Part shown: positions 49,088-59,121 of the stretch, one piece after another
Position numbering within the stretch: the stretch's first letter is position 1
Layout: every line of letters starts with the position of its first letter
Assembly: GCA_964411255.1 (NCBI GenBank)
Contig: CAYPKD010000007.1
Location: 13,344 to 77,343, forward strand
Source: an uncultured Gammaproteobacteria bacterium
GTDB lineage: Bacteria > Patescibacteriota > Patescibacteriia > UBA11705 > DATKZF01
DNA: 64,000 bases
Direction of reading: 5' to 3'
Position numbers and translations under genes: made by a program
The notes under the pieces: model-generated
What the model was told of the DNA's origin: nothing
The model's input: the letters and a program-made list of their open reading frames with translations, nothing else
Databases searched by the model: none

Positions 49088-49297
49088 TGCTTTCTCCTTC
49101 CCATTTAAAAAGAAAAAAGCCCGTGAACTGAGCTTCTGTAACTATTGTATCAAATATTTGTTCATTTGTCAAGTAAAATTTCACATACAATATAAATAAT
49201 AAAGCAATCACCAGCTTTTCCACTTCCCTGCAATAACAAGATTTGATAAAATAGTTGTACTTATTAGGAGGGTTTTGAAAAAAATAATAACAATTTT

Positions 49298-51184
49298 ATG
49301 GAAAATGAAAAAAATATAATGCAAAGACCTTCCTGGGACCAATACTTTTTAAAATTAGCAATGCTTGTTGCAGAACGATCAACCTGCAGGCGGCATAATG
49401 TTGGTGCTATAATTGTAAAAAATAAACACGTTTTATCAACTGGCTATAATGGCGCTCCTGCTAAAACAAAAGACTGCCTTGAGCTTGGTTGTTTACGAGA
49501 TGAGTTAAAAATTCCTTCAGGCACGCAGCAGCAGGTCTGCCGTGCAGTGCATGCTGAACAAAATGCAATAATTCAGGCAGCTTATCACGGAATAAATCTT
49601 GAGGGGGCAACAATGTATTGTACGCACACGCCCTGTATTATTTGCGCAAAAATGATAGTTAATGCTGGTATAAAACAAATAATTTCATACCGCGCTTATA
49701 ATGATGAGGACTTTATCAGATTATTCTTAGAGGCAGGAATAAAATTTGAAAAGCATGAAAAACCAGATGCCCAAATCACAGAATTAGATCGGGTTCAACT
49801 TTATGACACAAAACCAAAAAATGAAAGTGAAACAGAAAAAACTGAACAGCCTCCAGAGAGACAACAAGAGATGAAAAAATCAGACAGTATGGCCGATGTT
49901 TATATATATGATCAGTATAACCCAGAAGACAATGCAATGATGCAGGCTCTATATTCTCGAAGCCCGCAAAGCGTAACAGAACATGTGAAAAAAGTTGAAC
50001 AAACCGGATCAGGCAAATTTATGGAAAAATTTTATGTTGGCTATGGCCATCAGAGTATTGCAGATTGCGGCAGTACAACAATATTTACAGAACAGGTCAG
50101 CACTTTGGCTGACAAAGCGATTCAGGACTGGCCTTTATACAGCGGGCAAGAAACCAGCACTCGCTATGTAGACATGTCAAAGCAACCAATTGTTGATCCA
50201 GTGAAAACGCCTGAGTCAAAACAAATTTTAGATGCCTGGATGGACTTTTATGTAAAAAGCCAGAATAAAGTCAATCAACATATTAAAAGTCTTTATCCCA
50301 AAAAACCTGATGAAAAAGAAGGTGTCTATAACAAGGCTGTAGAAGCCAGGACATTTGACATTATGCGTGGCTTTTTGCCAGCTGGAATTACCACACAGCT
50401 AAGCTGGCATACAAATCTTCGTCAGGCTTGGGATAAATTAGCTTTGCTTCGTTATAATCCCCTGCCTGAAACACGGGAAATAGCAGAAAATATGATTACC
50501 AGGCTAAGAGAAAAATATCCAAACAGCTTTTGCCACGAGGAATATAAAGATCAGGAAGGTTTTCGAAAATCATCAACACAAAAATATAATTTCTATAATC
50601 CGCAATTTGCCAGTTCTGATTTTAAGATGTCCACCTCAATTGATCCTGAAAAATTATCACAGTATCAGGATATAATTGATTCACGTCCGCAAAAAACAAA
50701 CCTGCCGCACTTTTTAACTGAACTGGGATTAATTACATTTGATTTTATTTTAGACTTTGGATCATTTCGAGATGTTCAAAGGCACAGAAATGGTGTTTGC
50801 CGAATGCCACTACTAACTACTAATTTTGGATTTAATGAGTGGTATCTGAGCCAGCTGCCAAATGATATCAGGCAGGAAGCTGAGCAATTAATTGCTGATC
50901 AAAAAATAAAAATAGCAAATTTGCCAACCGTTGCAGAAATCAAACAATATTATATTTCCTTAGGATTTAATATGCCTTGCCGGATAACTTATGGCCTGCC
51001 AGCTACAATTTATGTAATTGAACTTCGATCAGGCAAGCCAGTTCATCCGACTTTAAGAAAAATTGCGCACAAAATGCATTATGCTCTGCTTGAGAAATTC
51101 CCAAATCTAGTACTCCACTCTGATTTGGAAAAAAGCGACTGGGATATTCGGCGCGGCTTGCAAAGTATTACAGAAAAAAAATAA
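49298..51184 (+). CDS. dCMP deaminase fused to a ThyX-like FAD-dependent thymidylate synthase
   Basis: N-terminal RSTC..R, GYNG, HAEQNA, PCIIC; C-terminal YGHQSIAD, ETSTRY, FRDVQRHR. Confidence 0.82.
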   Translation: MENEKNIMQRPSWDQYFLKLAMLVAERSTCRRHNVGAIIVKNKHVLSTGYNGAPAKTKDCLELGCLRDELKIPSGTQQQVCRAVHAEQNAIIQAAYHGINLEGATMYCTHTPCIICAKMIVNAGIKQIISYRAYNDEDFIRLFLEAGIKFEKHEKPDAQITELDRVQLYDTKPKNESETEKTEQPPERQQEMKKSDSMADVYIYDQYNPEDNAMMQALYSRSPQSVTEHVKKVEQTGSGKFMEKFYVGYGHQSIADCGSTTIFTEQVSTLADKAIQDWPLYSGQETSTRYVDMSKQPIVDPVKTPESKQILDAWMDFYVKSQNKVNQHIKSLYPKKPDEKEGVYNKAVEARTFDIMRGFLPAGITTQLSWHTNLRQAWDKLALLRYNPLPETREIAENMITRLREKYPNSFCHEEYKDQEGFRKSSTQKYNFYNPQFASSDFKMSTSIDPEKLSQYQDIIDSRPQKTNLPHFLTELGLITFDFILDFGSFRDVQRHRNGVCRMPLLTTNFGFNEWYLSQLPNDIRQEAEQLIADQKIKIANLPTVAEIKQYYISLGFNMPCRITYGLPATIYVIELRSGKPVHPTLRKIAHKMHYALLEKFPNLVLHSDLEKSDWDIRRGLQSITEKK

Positions 51185-51194
51185 AATAAAATTT

Positions 51195-51779
51195 ATGACA
51201 AACAAACTTGTCTGCATTGTTGGAATGTGCGGTGCAGGGAAAAGTGAGGTTGCAGATGTATTCATTGAAAAAGGATATGAATACATTAGATTTGGACAAA
51301 TTACTTTAGATGAAGTAAAAAGACGCGGCCTCGAGCCTTGTGAGGAAAATGAAAGGCCGATTCGGGAAGGTTTTAGAAAAGAGCACGGCCCAGCAGCATT
51401 TGCCATTTTAAATATTCCAAAATTTGATAAAGCTCTTGAAAAAGGCAATGTTATTGGCGATGGATTATACAGCTGGTCTGAATATAAAACATTAAAAGAA
51501 AAATACAAAGAAAATTTGATAATCATTGCTGTTTACGCTTCTCCAAAAACCAGATATCAACGGCTGGAAAACAGAGCTGCCAAACACGGAGATGATCCAA
51601 AAATGAAATACAGATCATTTAGTAAAAAAGATGCAGAAACCCGCGACTATGCTGAAATTGAAAATATTGAAAAAGGCGGACCAATAGCAATGGCTGACTA
51701 TATTTTTGTAAATGAAGGTACCATTAAAGAATTAAAACAAAATGTAAATAATTTTATTAATTTATGGAAATTAGTATAA
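51195..51779 (+). CDS. P-loop nucleotide kinase-like protein (dephospho-CoA/NMP kinase fold)
   Basis: GMCGAGKS, DGLYSWSE, RD.AEI. Confidence 0.75.
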   Translation: MTNKLVCIVGMCGAGKSEVADVFIEKGYEYIRFGQITLDEVKRRGLEPCEENERPIREGFRKEHGPAAFAILNIPKFDKALEKGNVIGDGLYSWSEYKTLKEKYKENLIIIAVYASPKTRYQRLENRAAKHGDDPKMKYRSFSKKDAETRDYAEIENIEKGGPIAMADYIFVNEGTIKELKQNVNNFINLWKLV

Positions 51780-52195
51780 AAAGAATAGATAAAGACTTGC
51801 CCTTACCTAAATACCTAACGCCAGGCTCAGTTGCTTTTGATATGTACAGCAGGATTGATAAAACAATCGAACCAAAAACTCTGGAAAAGCTGCCCAGCAA
51901 TTTTATTATACAGGTTCCCGAGGGCTTTGCCTTAATAATCGCCAACAGGTCGAGTTTGGCAGTAAAACGCGGATTAACATTAGCAAATAATATTGGTATA
52001 ATTGACCAGGATTATTGCGGGCCAGAAGATGAGATCAGTTTAAGTTTATACAACTTTACAAATGATCAGATTCAAATTAAAAAAGGAGAACGTCTTTGCC
52101 AGGCAATGCTAATGCCAATAGAAAAAGTAGAATTCAAAGAGGCTGAAATAATAGAAAAAAACTCCAGGGGCGGCTTTGGATCAACTGGGAAATAA
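51764..52195 (+). CDS. dut: dUTP diphosphatase
   Basis: RSSLA, GIIDQDYCG, GERLCQ, SRGGFGSTG. Confidence 0.95.
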   Translation: MEISIKRIDKDLPLPKYLTPGSVAFDMYSRIDKTIEPKTLEKLPSNFIIQVPEGFALIIANRSSLAVKRGLTLANNIGIIDQDYCGPEDEISLSLYNFTNDQIQIKKGERLCQAMLMPIEKVEFKEAEIIEKNSRGGFGSTGK

Positions 52196-52248
52196 TTTAT
52201 AAAAACTTATAACTAAAAAAGAGTTCAAATTGTTTGAACTCTTTATTT

Positions 52249-52767
52249 TTATCCTACAGATGCTTTATCTGGCACTGGCTCTACATTTTCAATATGAATC
52301 GGCTCTGTACCGTCTTTTGAAAATTTTACTACTTGAGCAGCATATTCGAGCACCGGTTGTTCCCATTTCTGCCAATTACAGTCTAAAGAAAAAATCAATT
52401 CATAAAATGTGCCAAGCAAGCTTGGTGCAAATCGCAAAATATCAGGCAATTCCTTTTGTTGCCGCATTTTGCATTTATCAATATTATCTGGTTTTTTCTC
52501 TTCACTTATATTAAGCAATGGCTTTTTCAATTTCTGGCAAAGCTCTAGCAGTCTCATACTGAGCAGGCCATCAATCTTATCATCATCAGCTAAACAAATG
52601 ACAATATCATATTCCTTAAAATCAATTTTTGGATATTTTTTATTAAACCAACTGGCGCATAAATAATCACATCTATGCTCAGTTTTTGAAAAATAATTCA
52701 AAAGATCCCTGCCATTGGAATTACAATCTTCTCCAATGACAACCATGGAAAGTGGCTGAATTGACAC
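52249..52767 (-). CDS. hypothetical protein
   Basis: AGGAGG RBS + GTG, own promoter; lies antisense within the thymidylate cluster. Confidence 0.6.
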   Translation of the reverse strand: MSIQPLSMVVIGEDCNSNGRDLLNYFSKTEHRCDYLCASWFNKKYPKIDFKEYDIVICLADDDKIDGLLSMRLLELCQKLKKPLLNISEEKKPDNIDKCKMRQQKELPDILRFAPSLLGTFYELIFSLDCNWQKWEQPVLEYAAQVVKFSKDGTEPIHIENVEPVPDKASVG

Positions 52768-52926
52768 CTGGATCCCCTCCTACCAAGTGTACAGGTTAAC
52801 TGCACTTTGCCCTTTCCTTCAGGCAATAATATATATTTACCAGATATTTAGATATTTGTCAATAAATTAAACAATTGTATGAAAATATGTTAAAATATTG
52901 ATGACGTTTATAATTAAAATGAAAAT

Positions 52927-53598
52927 ATGGCAGGAAAATTTATTGTCATCGATGGTACAGATGGCAGTGGTAAAGGAACACAAACTAATAAACTGGTGGA
53001 AAAGCTAAAGGCTGAGAAATTTCATGTTGAAATTGCAGATTTTCCGCAATATGGTCAAAAAAGCGCTGCTTTGGTTGAAGAATATTTAAATGGCAACTAT
53101 GGTACTGCAAAAGAAGTCGGGCCATACCGCGCCTCAATATTTTATGCTTGCGATCGATATGCAGCTTCATTTCAATTAAAAAAATGGCTTGAAGAAAAAA
53201 AAATAATTATAAGTAACAGATATGTTTCATCAAATATGGGGCATCAAGGAGGCAAAATTCAAGACACCACAGAAAGAGATAAATTTTTAGAATGGGTTGA
53301 AGATCTTGAATATAATATTTTTAAAATTCCAAAACCAGACATTAACATTCTTTTATATATGCCTCCGGCAATTGGCCAGCAGCTGGTAGATAAAAAGGGG
53401 CATCGCGATTATGTAAATGGTAAAAAAAGAGATATTCATGAAGCTGATATAAAACATTTAGAAGAAGCTGCAGAAGCATACCAATATATAGCAAGAAAAT
53501 TTAACTGGATTATTATTGACTGCGCGCCAAATAATGAATTAAGGACCATTGAACAAATTCATCATGAACTTTGGCAAAAAGTACAAGCAATATTATAA
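52927..53598 (+). CDS. tmk: thymidylate kinase
   Basis: FIVIDGTDGSGKGTQ, FP.YG, NRYVSSNMGHQ, PKPD. Confidence 0.93.
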   Translation: MAGKFIVIDGTDGSGKGTQTNKLVEKLKAEKFHVEIADFPQYGQKSAALVEEYLNGNYGTAKEVGPYRASIFYACDRYAASFQLKKWLEEKKIIISNRYVSSNMGHQGGKIQDTTERDKFLEWVEDLEYNIFKIPKPDINILLYMPPAIGQQLVDKKGHRDYVNGKKRDIHEADIKHLEEAAEAYQYIARKFNWIIIDCAPNNELRTIEQIHHELWQKVQAIL

Positions 53599-53656
53599 AA
53601 ATATCACAAAGCGACTCCATTTTTTCGATTTTTAATTTTTGATTTTTTCTTTTTAT

Positions 53657-54211
53657 ATGTTCGATCCATCTGGTGGATTTATCAGGGTAATTTGCGGGCC
53701 AATGTTTTCTGGAAAAACTGAAAGACTACTTTTTTATTTAAGACGAGCTGAAATTGCAAAAAAGAAAATTGCTCTTTTCAAGCCTGCCAAAGATACAAGG
53801 TATTCAAAAGACTCTGTTTGTACTCATTATGGATCTTCAATGGAAGCAAAAGTTGTACCAGACAGTTCAGCTATTTTTGATCTGGTGGAAGCAGATACTG
53901 AAGTAGTTGGAATTGATGAAGCACAATTTTTTGATGATAAACTTACAGAAATTTGCAGAAAATTAGCCAATGATGGAAAAATTGTTATACTTGCCGGCTT
54001 AGATCAGGATTTTAGAACCATTCCTTTTGGTAGCATGCCCCAACTTTTAGTAGAAGCGGAAAAAGTTGAAAAGATTCATGCAATTTGTGAGCTATGCGGT
54101 AAATCTGCTCAAAGAACTTTCCGAAAAACAGATTCAGCTGAGCAAGTAATGCTTGGCGGAAAAAATGAATATATTCCGCTTTGCCGGAATTGCTATAACA
54201 AATATAAATAG
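53657..54211 (+). CDS. tdk: thymidine kinase
   Basis: GPMFSGKT, IDEAQFF, AGLDQDF, CELC..LCRNC. Confidence 0.96.
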   Translation: MFDPSGGFIRVICGPMFSGKTERLLFYLRRAEIAKKKIALFKPAKDTRYSKDSVCTHYGSSMEAKVVPDSSAIFDLVEADTEVVGIDEAQFFDDKLTEICRKLANDGKIVILAGLDQDFRTIPFGSMPQLLVEAEKVEKIHAICELCGKSAQRTFRKTDSAEQVMLGGKNEYIPLCRNCYNKYK

Positions 54212-54328
54212 CTAAAGTGAAAAAAAATAGTTATTGGTCATTAAAAAATACTAAAACCCAAAAACCAATAACCAAACTGGCAGCTATACCTAAAAACTAA
54301 TGACCAAATATAAATTTAATTTTATTAT

Positions 54329-55867
54329 ATGAAATATAAACCAATAATTGGCCTTGAATTCCATATCCAGCTTAATACCAGAAGTAAAATGTTTTGCACT
54401 TGCAATAATCAAAACGAAGGTGATGCGCCAAACACTTCAGTCTGTCCGATTTGCATGGGCCATCCTGGTACTTTGCCAGTAGTTAATCAAAAGGTTGTGG
54501 ATGATGCAATAAAACTTGCCTTAGCTTTAAATTGTGAAATTAATAAATTTACAAAATTTGACAGAAAAAATTATTATTATCCAGATCTGCCAAAAGGATA
54601 TCAAATTTCCCAATATGACCAGCCTTTAGGCAAAGAAGGTTCTTTGGTTATCAATTATAAAGCAATCGATGGTCTAGCTGGCCGGCTGGATAAAGAAGAA
54701 GAATTAAAACGAATAAGAATCATCCGAATTCACATGGAAGAAGATACTGCCAAAATGGTTCATTCTAAAGAAGAATCAAAGTCTTTAATTGATTTTAACC
54801 GCAGCGGATCTCCTCTTTTAGAATTAGTCACCTATCCTGATCTGCGTTCAGCGCATGAGGCGAAAACTTTTGCGCAAGAATTGCAGCTAATTGTCAGAGA
54901 ATTAGGAATCTCTGATGCTGACATGGAAAAAGGCCATTTGCGGTGTGATGCCAATATTTCATTACTTCCAGAAAATGACCAAATCTTAAATCCAAAAACT
55001 GAAGTAAAAAATATAAATTCCTTTAAAGCTTTAGAAAAAGCTTTAAATTTTGAAATAAATAGACAGACCTTGCTTTATGAAAAAGGCAAAGAGCCAAAAA
55101 AACAGTCCACCCGCGGCTGGGATGATAAGCTGCAAGAAACTGTAATTCGCCGAATAAAAGAAGAAGCAAAAGACTATCGATATTTTCCAGAACCTGATAT
55201 TCCGCCATTAACCTTTACTGATGATTATATAAATGATATAAAATCATATTTGCCAGAATTGCCACAGAGTAAGCGCAGAAGATTTACTGAAGAATTTGGC
55301 TTTACTTCAGAAGCTGCAAAAATTTTAACAACTGATAAATATATTGATGATTTTACTGAAAGAACTATTTCTGAGCTTCAGGAATGGATTACAACCCTGC
55401 CTGAAGTTGAAGGCACAAAACAAGAAATTTGGAATAAAAATAAAAAGAAATTAATAAAAATGGTAAGTGACTGGTTAGTTAATAAGCTTTTGCCAGCTTT
55501 AGATAAACAAAAAATTAGCTTAGAGCAATCTAAAATAAATTCAGAAAATTTTGCAGAATTAATTTCAATTATTTATTTAAATAAAGTCAATAGTGCTGGT
55601 GCTTCAAAAATATTAGAACAAATGGTAAAAACCGGCATCGATCCATCTCAGGCAATGGTGGAACTAAACGTTGAACAGCTTGATGATGATGAATCAATCG
55701 AAACTGTAGTAGATACTGTGATCAAACAAAATCCAGATCAGGTAGCTGAATACAAAGCAGGTAAAGAACCAGTTATAAAATATTTACTTGGCCAGGTTAT
55801 GAAATTATCCCAAGGAAAAGCCAATCCTCAAAAAGCTGAAGAAATTTTAAAGAAAAAAATAAAATAA
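54329..55867 (+). CDS. gatB: Asp/Glu-tRNA amidotransferase subunit B
   Basis: IGLEFH.QL, RKNYYYPDLPKGYQISQ, LRCDANIS, DYRYFPEPD. Confidence 0.97.
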   Translation: MKYKPIIGLEFHIQLNTRSKMFCTCNNQNEGDAPNTSVCPICMGHPGTLPVVNQKVVDDAIKLALALNCEINKFTKFDRKNYYYPDLPKGYQISQYDQPLGKEGSLVINYKAIDGLAGRLDKEEELKRIRIIRIHMEEDTAKMVHSKEESKSLIDFNRSGSPLLELVTYPDLRSAHEAKTFAQELQLIVRELGISDADMEKGHLRCDANISLLPENDQILNPKTEVKNINSFKALEKALNFEINRQTLLYEKGKEPKKQSTRGWDDKLQETVIRRIKEEAKDYRYFPEPDIPPLTFTDDYINDIKSYLPELPQSKRRRFTEEFGFTSEAAKILTTDKYIDDFTERTISELQEWITTLPEVEGTKQEIWNKNKKKLIKMVSDWLVNKLLPALDKQKISLEQSKINSENFAELISIIYLNKVNSAGASKILEQMVKTGIDPSQAMVELNVEQLDDDESIETVVDTVIKQNPDQVAEYKAGKEPVIKYLLGQVMKLSQGKANPQKAEEILKKKIK

Positions 55868-55964
55868 TACCTACTCAACGTGGAGGGGAAGCTCTGTTTC
55901 CTTGACTGAGTCGGGCTTTAAACTTTAAAAGGCGTCGCAAGTTTGCAACGCCTTTTTTTGAGGT

Positions 55965-56624
55965 TTAGAATTCACACACTCCAGGGCAAGCTTCCTGGCC
56001 TGGGCATACGGTCTGAACACAGACATAGTTTCCAGGCGGACAGTCGAACTTGTCCCAGCAGCTGTAAACAGCATAAGGAACAACGCATCGACCATATTCG
56101 CATACTGTGCCTTCTGGACAATCGTATGAGCCAACGCACTGGTCGTTGTGTTCATAACAATAGCCATCAGCTTCACAGTATGTGCCAACCGGACAGTCAG
56201 CGTCATAGACGCAACCTTCGACAACTACTTCATACTGATAGCAAAAGCCGTCAGTTTCGCAGTACTCACCAGGGAAGCAGTCAGTGTCTCTGAAGCATTC
56301 GACTGCTGGAATGCATTCGCCTTCGTAGCAAGCCTCATAGGCATTGCAGTCGAAGTCGTCGTAGCATTCTGGGGTTTGGTAGCAGAATCCTGCTGAGCAA
56401 TATTCATGCCACATGCAGTCGAAATCGTCATAGCACTCAGCACCATATACATGGTCCTCAACTACGACAACACCTGGCTCATACTCACAGTAGCCGTGCC
56501 AGTCGCAGTACATGTCGACTGGACAGTCCCTGTCATAATCACAAGGCAGAGTCATCCGGCTGTCGATTTCACAACCAGACAACATCACGGCCACCAACAC
56601 CATGGCAGAAAAAAGCTTATACAT
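55965..56624 (-). CDS. Cys-rich repeat lipoprotein
   Basis: Lipobox VMLSGC; about 7 C-x-x-D-x-D-C-x4-5-C-x4-5-C repeats; GGAGG RBS. Confidence 0.8.
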   Translation of the reverse strand: MYKLFSAMVLVAVMLSGCEIDSRMTLPCDYDRDCPVDMYCDWHGYCEYEPGVVVVEDHVYGAECYDDFDCMWHEYCSAGFCYQTPECYDDFDCNAYEACYEGECIPAVECFRDTDCFPGEYCETDGFCYQYEVVVEGCVYDADCPVGTYCEADGYCYEHNDQCVGSYDCPEGTVCEYGRCVVPYAVYSCWDKFDCPPGNYVCVQTVCPGQEACPGVCEF

Positions 56625-56787
56625 GGGATCCTCCAATTGGAAAAAATGTGAATGTAAACTTCAAATTATTATATTATATCATATTTTTTTAAAAAAGTCA
56701 ACGAAAAAGCCTTTTTTTAACCTAAAATTAAACAAAAAAAGGGATTATACCCTTTTCCTTATTTATTAATAAAATCAACATTATTTA

Positions 56788-57708
56788 TTAGCTTAAAAAT
56801 GCTCGTACAAGAGGTTTTACTTCTTTATAAGTTCTCGCCCATATTATTGATTTATCGCGCTTAAACCATGTAATTTGGCGCTTTGCATAATGTCTTGTAT
56901 TCTGCTTTAAGTCCTCTTTTGCTTCATCCAAACCTGTTCTGCCTTGAACAAATTCACATATTTCCTTATAGCCAATTGTATTTTTCATTATTGGTAAATC
57001 ACATGTATAACCCTTTTCATTTAACTCTTTTACTTCTTCAACCAAGCCTTGCTCAACCATTTCTTCAACCCTGTTATTTATTTTTTCATAAAGCGCATCC
57101 CGGTCAACATCTATGCCGATTTGCAAAAATTTGTACTTAGAAGGCTTTTTTGCTTTTTGAAATTCTGAAAATTTTCGGCCTGTTTTTTTAATAACCTCAA
57201 GAGCGCGAATAACTCTTCGTGGATTTTTTAAATCAATCAAGTCCTGGGCTTCAGGATCTTCTTTTAATAATTTTTCAACTAAATACTCTAGTCCCTTTTT
57301 TTCAAATTTTTTATTAAGCTTTTCCCTAAATCGTTTCGATGCTTCAGGAGCTAACTCTAATCCCTGAGTTAATGCTGAAGTATATAATCCTGTTCCACCC
57401 ACAATGATTGGCAATTTATCAGGATTTTCATCAATCACCCTGTTAACCTCACTGATCCAGTCAGCCACTGTAAAATCCTCTTTGGGATCTACAATATCAA
57501 CAGCATATTCTGGAATGTCATCAACAAAATAACCTTTCTTATTCCAGACTCCCTTATCTTTATTGGTTCCAATATCCATGTGTTTGTAAACCTGGCGTGA
57601 ATCTGCAGCAATTAAAAAACCATCAAACTCTTTGGCAATTTCAAGAGCTAAATTAGATTTCCCAGATCCAGTTGGACCTAAAACAATTATTACTTTTCTT
57701 TTTTTCAT
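56788..57708 (-). CDS. miaA: tRNA dimethylallyltransferase
   Basis: GPTGSGKS, DSRQVY..MDIGT.K, VGGTGLY, YAKRQITWF. Confidence 0.96.
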   Translation of the reverse strand: MKKRKVIIVLGPTGSGKSNLALEIAKEFDGFLIAADSRQVYKHMDIGTNKDKGVWNKKGYFVDDIPEYAVDIVDPKEDFTVADWISEVNRVIDENPDKLPIIVGGTGLYTSALTQGLELAPEASKRFREKLNKKFEKKGLEYLVEKLLKEDPEAQDLIDLKNPRRVIRALEVIKKTGRKFSEFQKAKKPSKYKFLQIGIDVDRDALYEKINNRVEEMVEQGLVEEVKELNEKGYTCDLPIMKNTIGYKEICEFVQGRTGLDEAKEDLKQNTRHYAKRQITWFKRDKSIIWARTYKEVKPLVRAFLS

Positions 57709-57713
57709 AAATT

Positions 57714-59012
57714 CTAATTTCGAATTTCGTGTTTCTTATTTCCAATTAATATCCATTCCTTCGCTTCCTTTACTTCAACCTTCAAAATCTCACCCATCAA
57801 TTCTTTATCACTTTTAATCCTTACTCTTTTCATTTCCAAGCTATTCCCTTCCCATAAATTCTCTTGAACCTTTTTGTCAATTAAAACTGAAACTTTTTTT
57901 CCAAAATATTTTTTATTATTCTCAAAAGAATATTGTTCGTTTAATTTTTGCAAAATCTCCCATCGCCTTTTCTTTTCTGCACGTGAAACATTATCTTCTA
58001 ACTTTTGTGCAGCAGTGCCTGGACGAGGAGAAAATTGAGCAACATATGAAATGTCAAACTTTACTTTTTTATATAAATCAACTGAATGCTGGAAATCCTT
58101 TTCATTTTCGCCTGGAAAACCGACAATAAAATCTGTAGCAATGGCAATATCAGGTTTTACTTTCTTTATCTTTTCAATAATTTTTAAATAATCCTCCACT
58201 GAATATTTCCTATTCATGGATTTTAAAATCTTATCAGAACCAGACTGAACTGGCAAATGTAAATAATTTAACTGTTTTGGCAAAGTTAAAGCCTCAATCA
58301 AATCATCAGACATGTCTTTTGGATGCGAAGTCATGAAATGAATTCTTTTCAAATCTTTGATTTGATTTAATTCCCAAAGCAGTTTGGCAAAATTATTTTT
58401 ATACGGATTATCAGATGAAAATTCTGTACTATCTTTTGGATCATACGAATTAACATTCTGGCCAAGTAATGTAATTTCTTTGTAGCCTGCTTTTACCAAA
58501 TCTTTTACCTGTTGCAGGATATCTCTAAAATCAATGCTCAATTCCCTACCCCGAACATATGGCACAATGCAATATGAACAAAAGTTATTACAGCCAGTCA
58601 TGATCGGTACAAAAGCCTGAAACTTTGACTGATACTTTGGAGTAATTTTCAAATAATCTTTTGGTAAAGTTTCTTTTTTAAATAAAAACTTTTCCAGCTC
58701 CCATAAATTTTTAATATCAAAAATAAAATCAAATCTGTCTCCAAGCTTTTTCTTGTCTGCTAAAGATAAGCAGCCAGTAAGCATTATTATTGCTCCTTGA
58801 TTTCTCAATTTTTGCCATGCTCGAACCTTACCGAAAATACGGTCAATACCCTTTTGCCGCACAGAGCAAGACACAATCATTAATATATTAGCGTCTTTTT
58901 CCTTTTCTGTAGGGAAATAGCCTAAGCTCTGCAAAACAGCCTCTATTCTTTCTGCATCAGACTTATTCATCTGACAGCCTAAAACCAATAATTTGTATGT
59001 CTTTTTTCCCAT
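57714..59012 (-). CDS. miaB: tRNA methylthiotransferase MiaB
   Basis: GCQMN.SD, CSVR, CNNFCSYC radical SAM motif, HLPVQSGS, TRAM domain. Confidence 0.92.
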   Translation of the reverse strand: MGKKTYKLLVLGCQMNKSDAERIEAVLQSLGYFPTEKEKDANILMIVSCSVRQKGIDRIFGKVRAWQKLRNQGAIIMLTGCLSLADKKKLGDRFDFIFDIKNLWELEKFLFKKETLPKDYLKITPKYQSKFQAFVPIMTGCNNFCSYCIVPYVRGRELSIDFRDILQQVKDLVKAGYKEITLLGQNVNSYDPKDSTEFSSDNPYKNNFAKLLWELNQIKDLKRIHFMTSHPKDMSDDLIEALTLPKQLNYLHLPVQSGSDKILKSMNRKYSVEDYLKIIEKIKKVKPDIAIATDFIVGFPGENEKDFQHSVDLYKKVKFDISYVAQFSPRPGTAAQKLEDNVSRAEKKRRWEILQKLNEQYSFENNKKYFGKKVSVLIDKKVQENLWEGNSLEMKRVRIKSDKELMGEILKVEVKEAKEWILIGNKKHEIRN

Positions 59013-59121
59013 ATTCAATTATATTATTCTATAGCAATATTAATAAAAAATCAACTTTTTTCTTTTCAAACCCTTGACATTTTGATAAAATATGATACAA
59101 TAGTGTATCCATTAACAGGAG

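Noticed and set aside
47270-49172. Integron cassette array
   Set aside because: No integrase and no GTTRRRY/RYYYAAC attC ends; each unit has its own promoter
55925-56651. Several overlapping ORFs around the Cys-rich gene
   Set aside because: Shadow ORFs due to higher GC; only the lipoprotein frame has an RBS and coherent motifs
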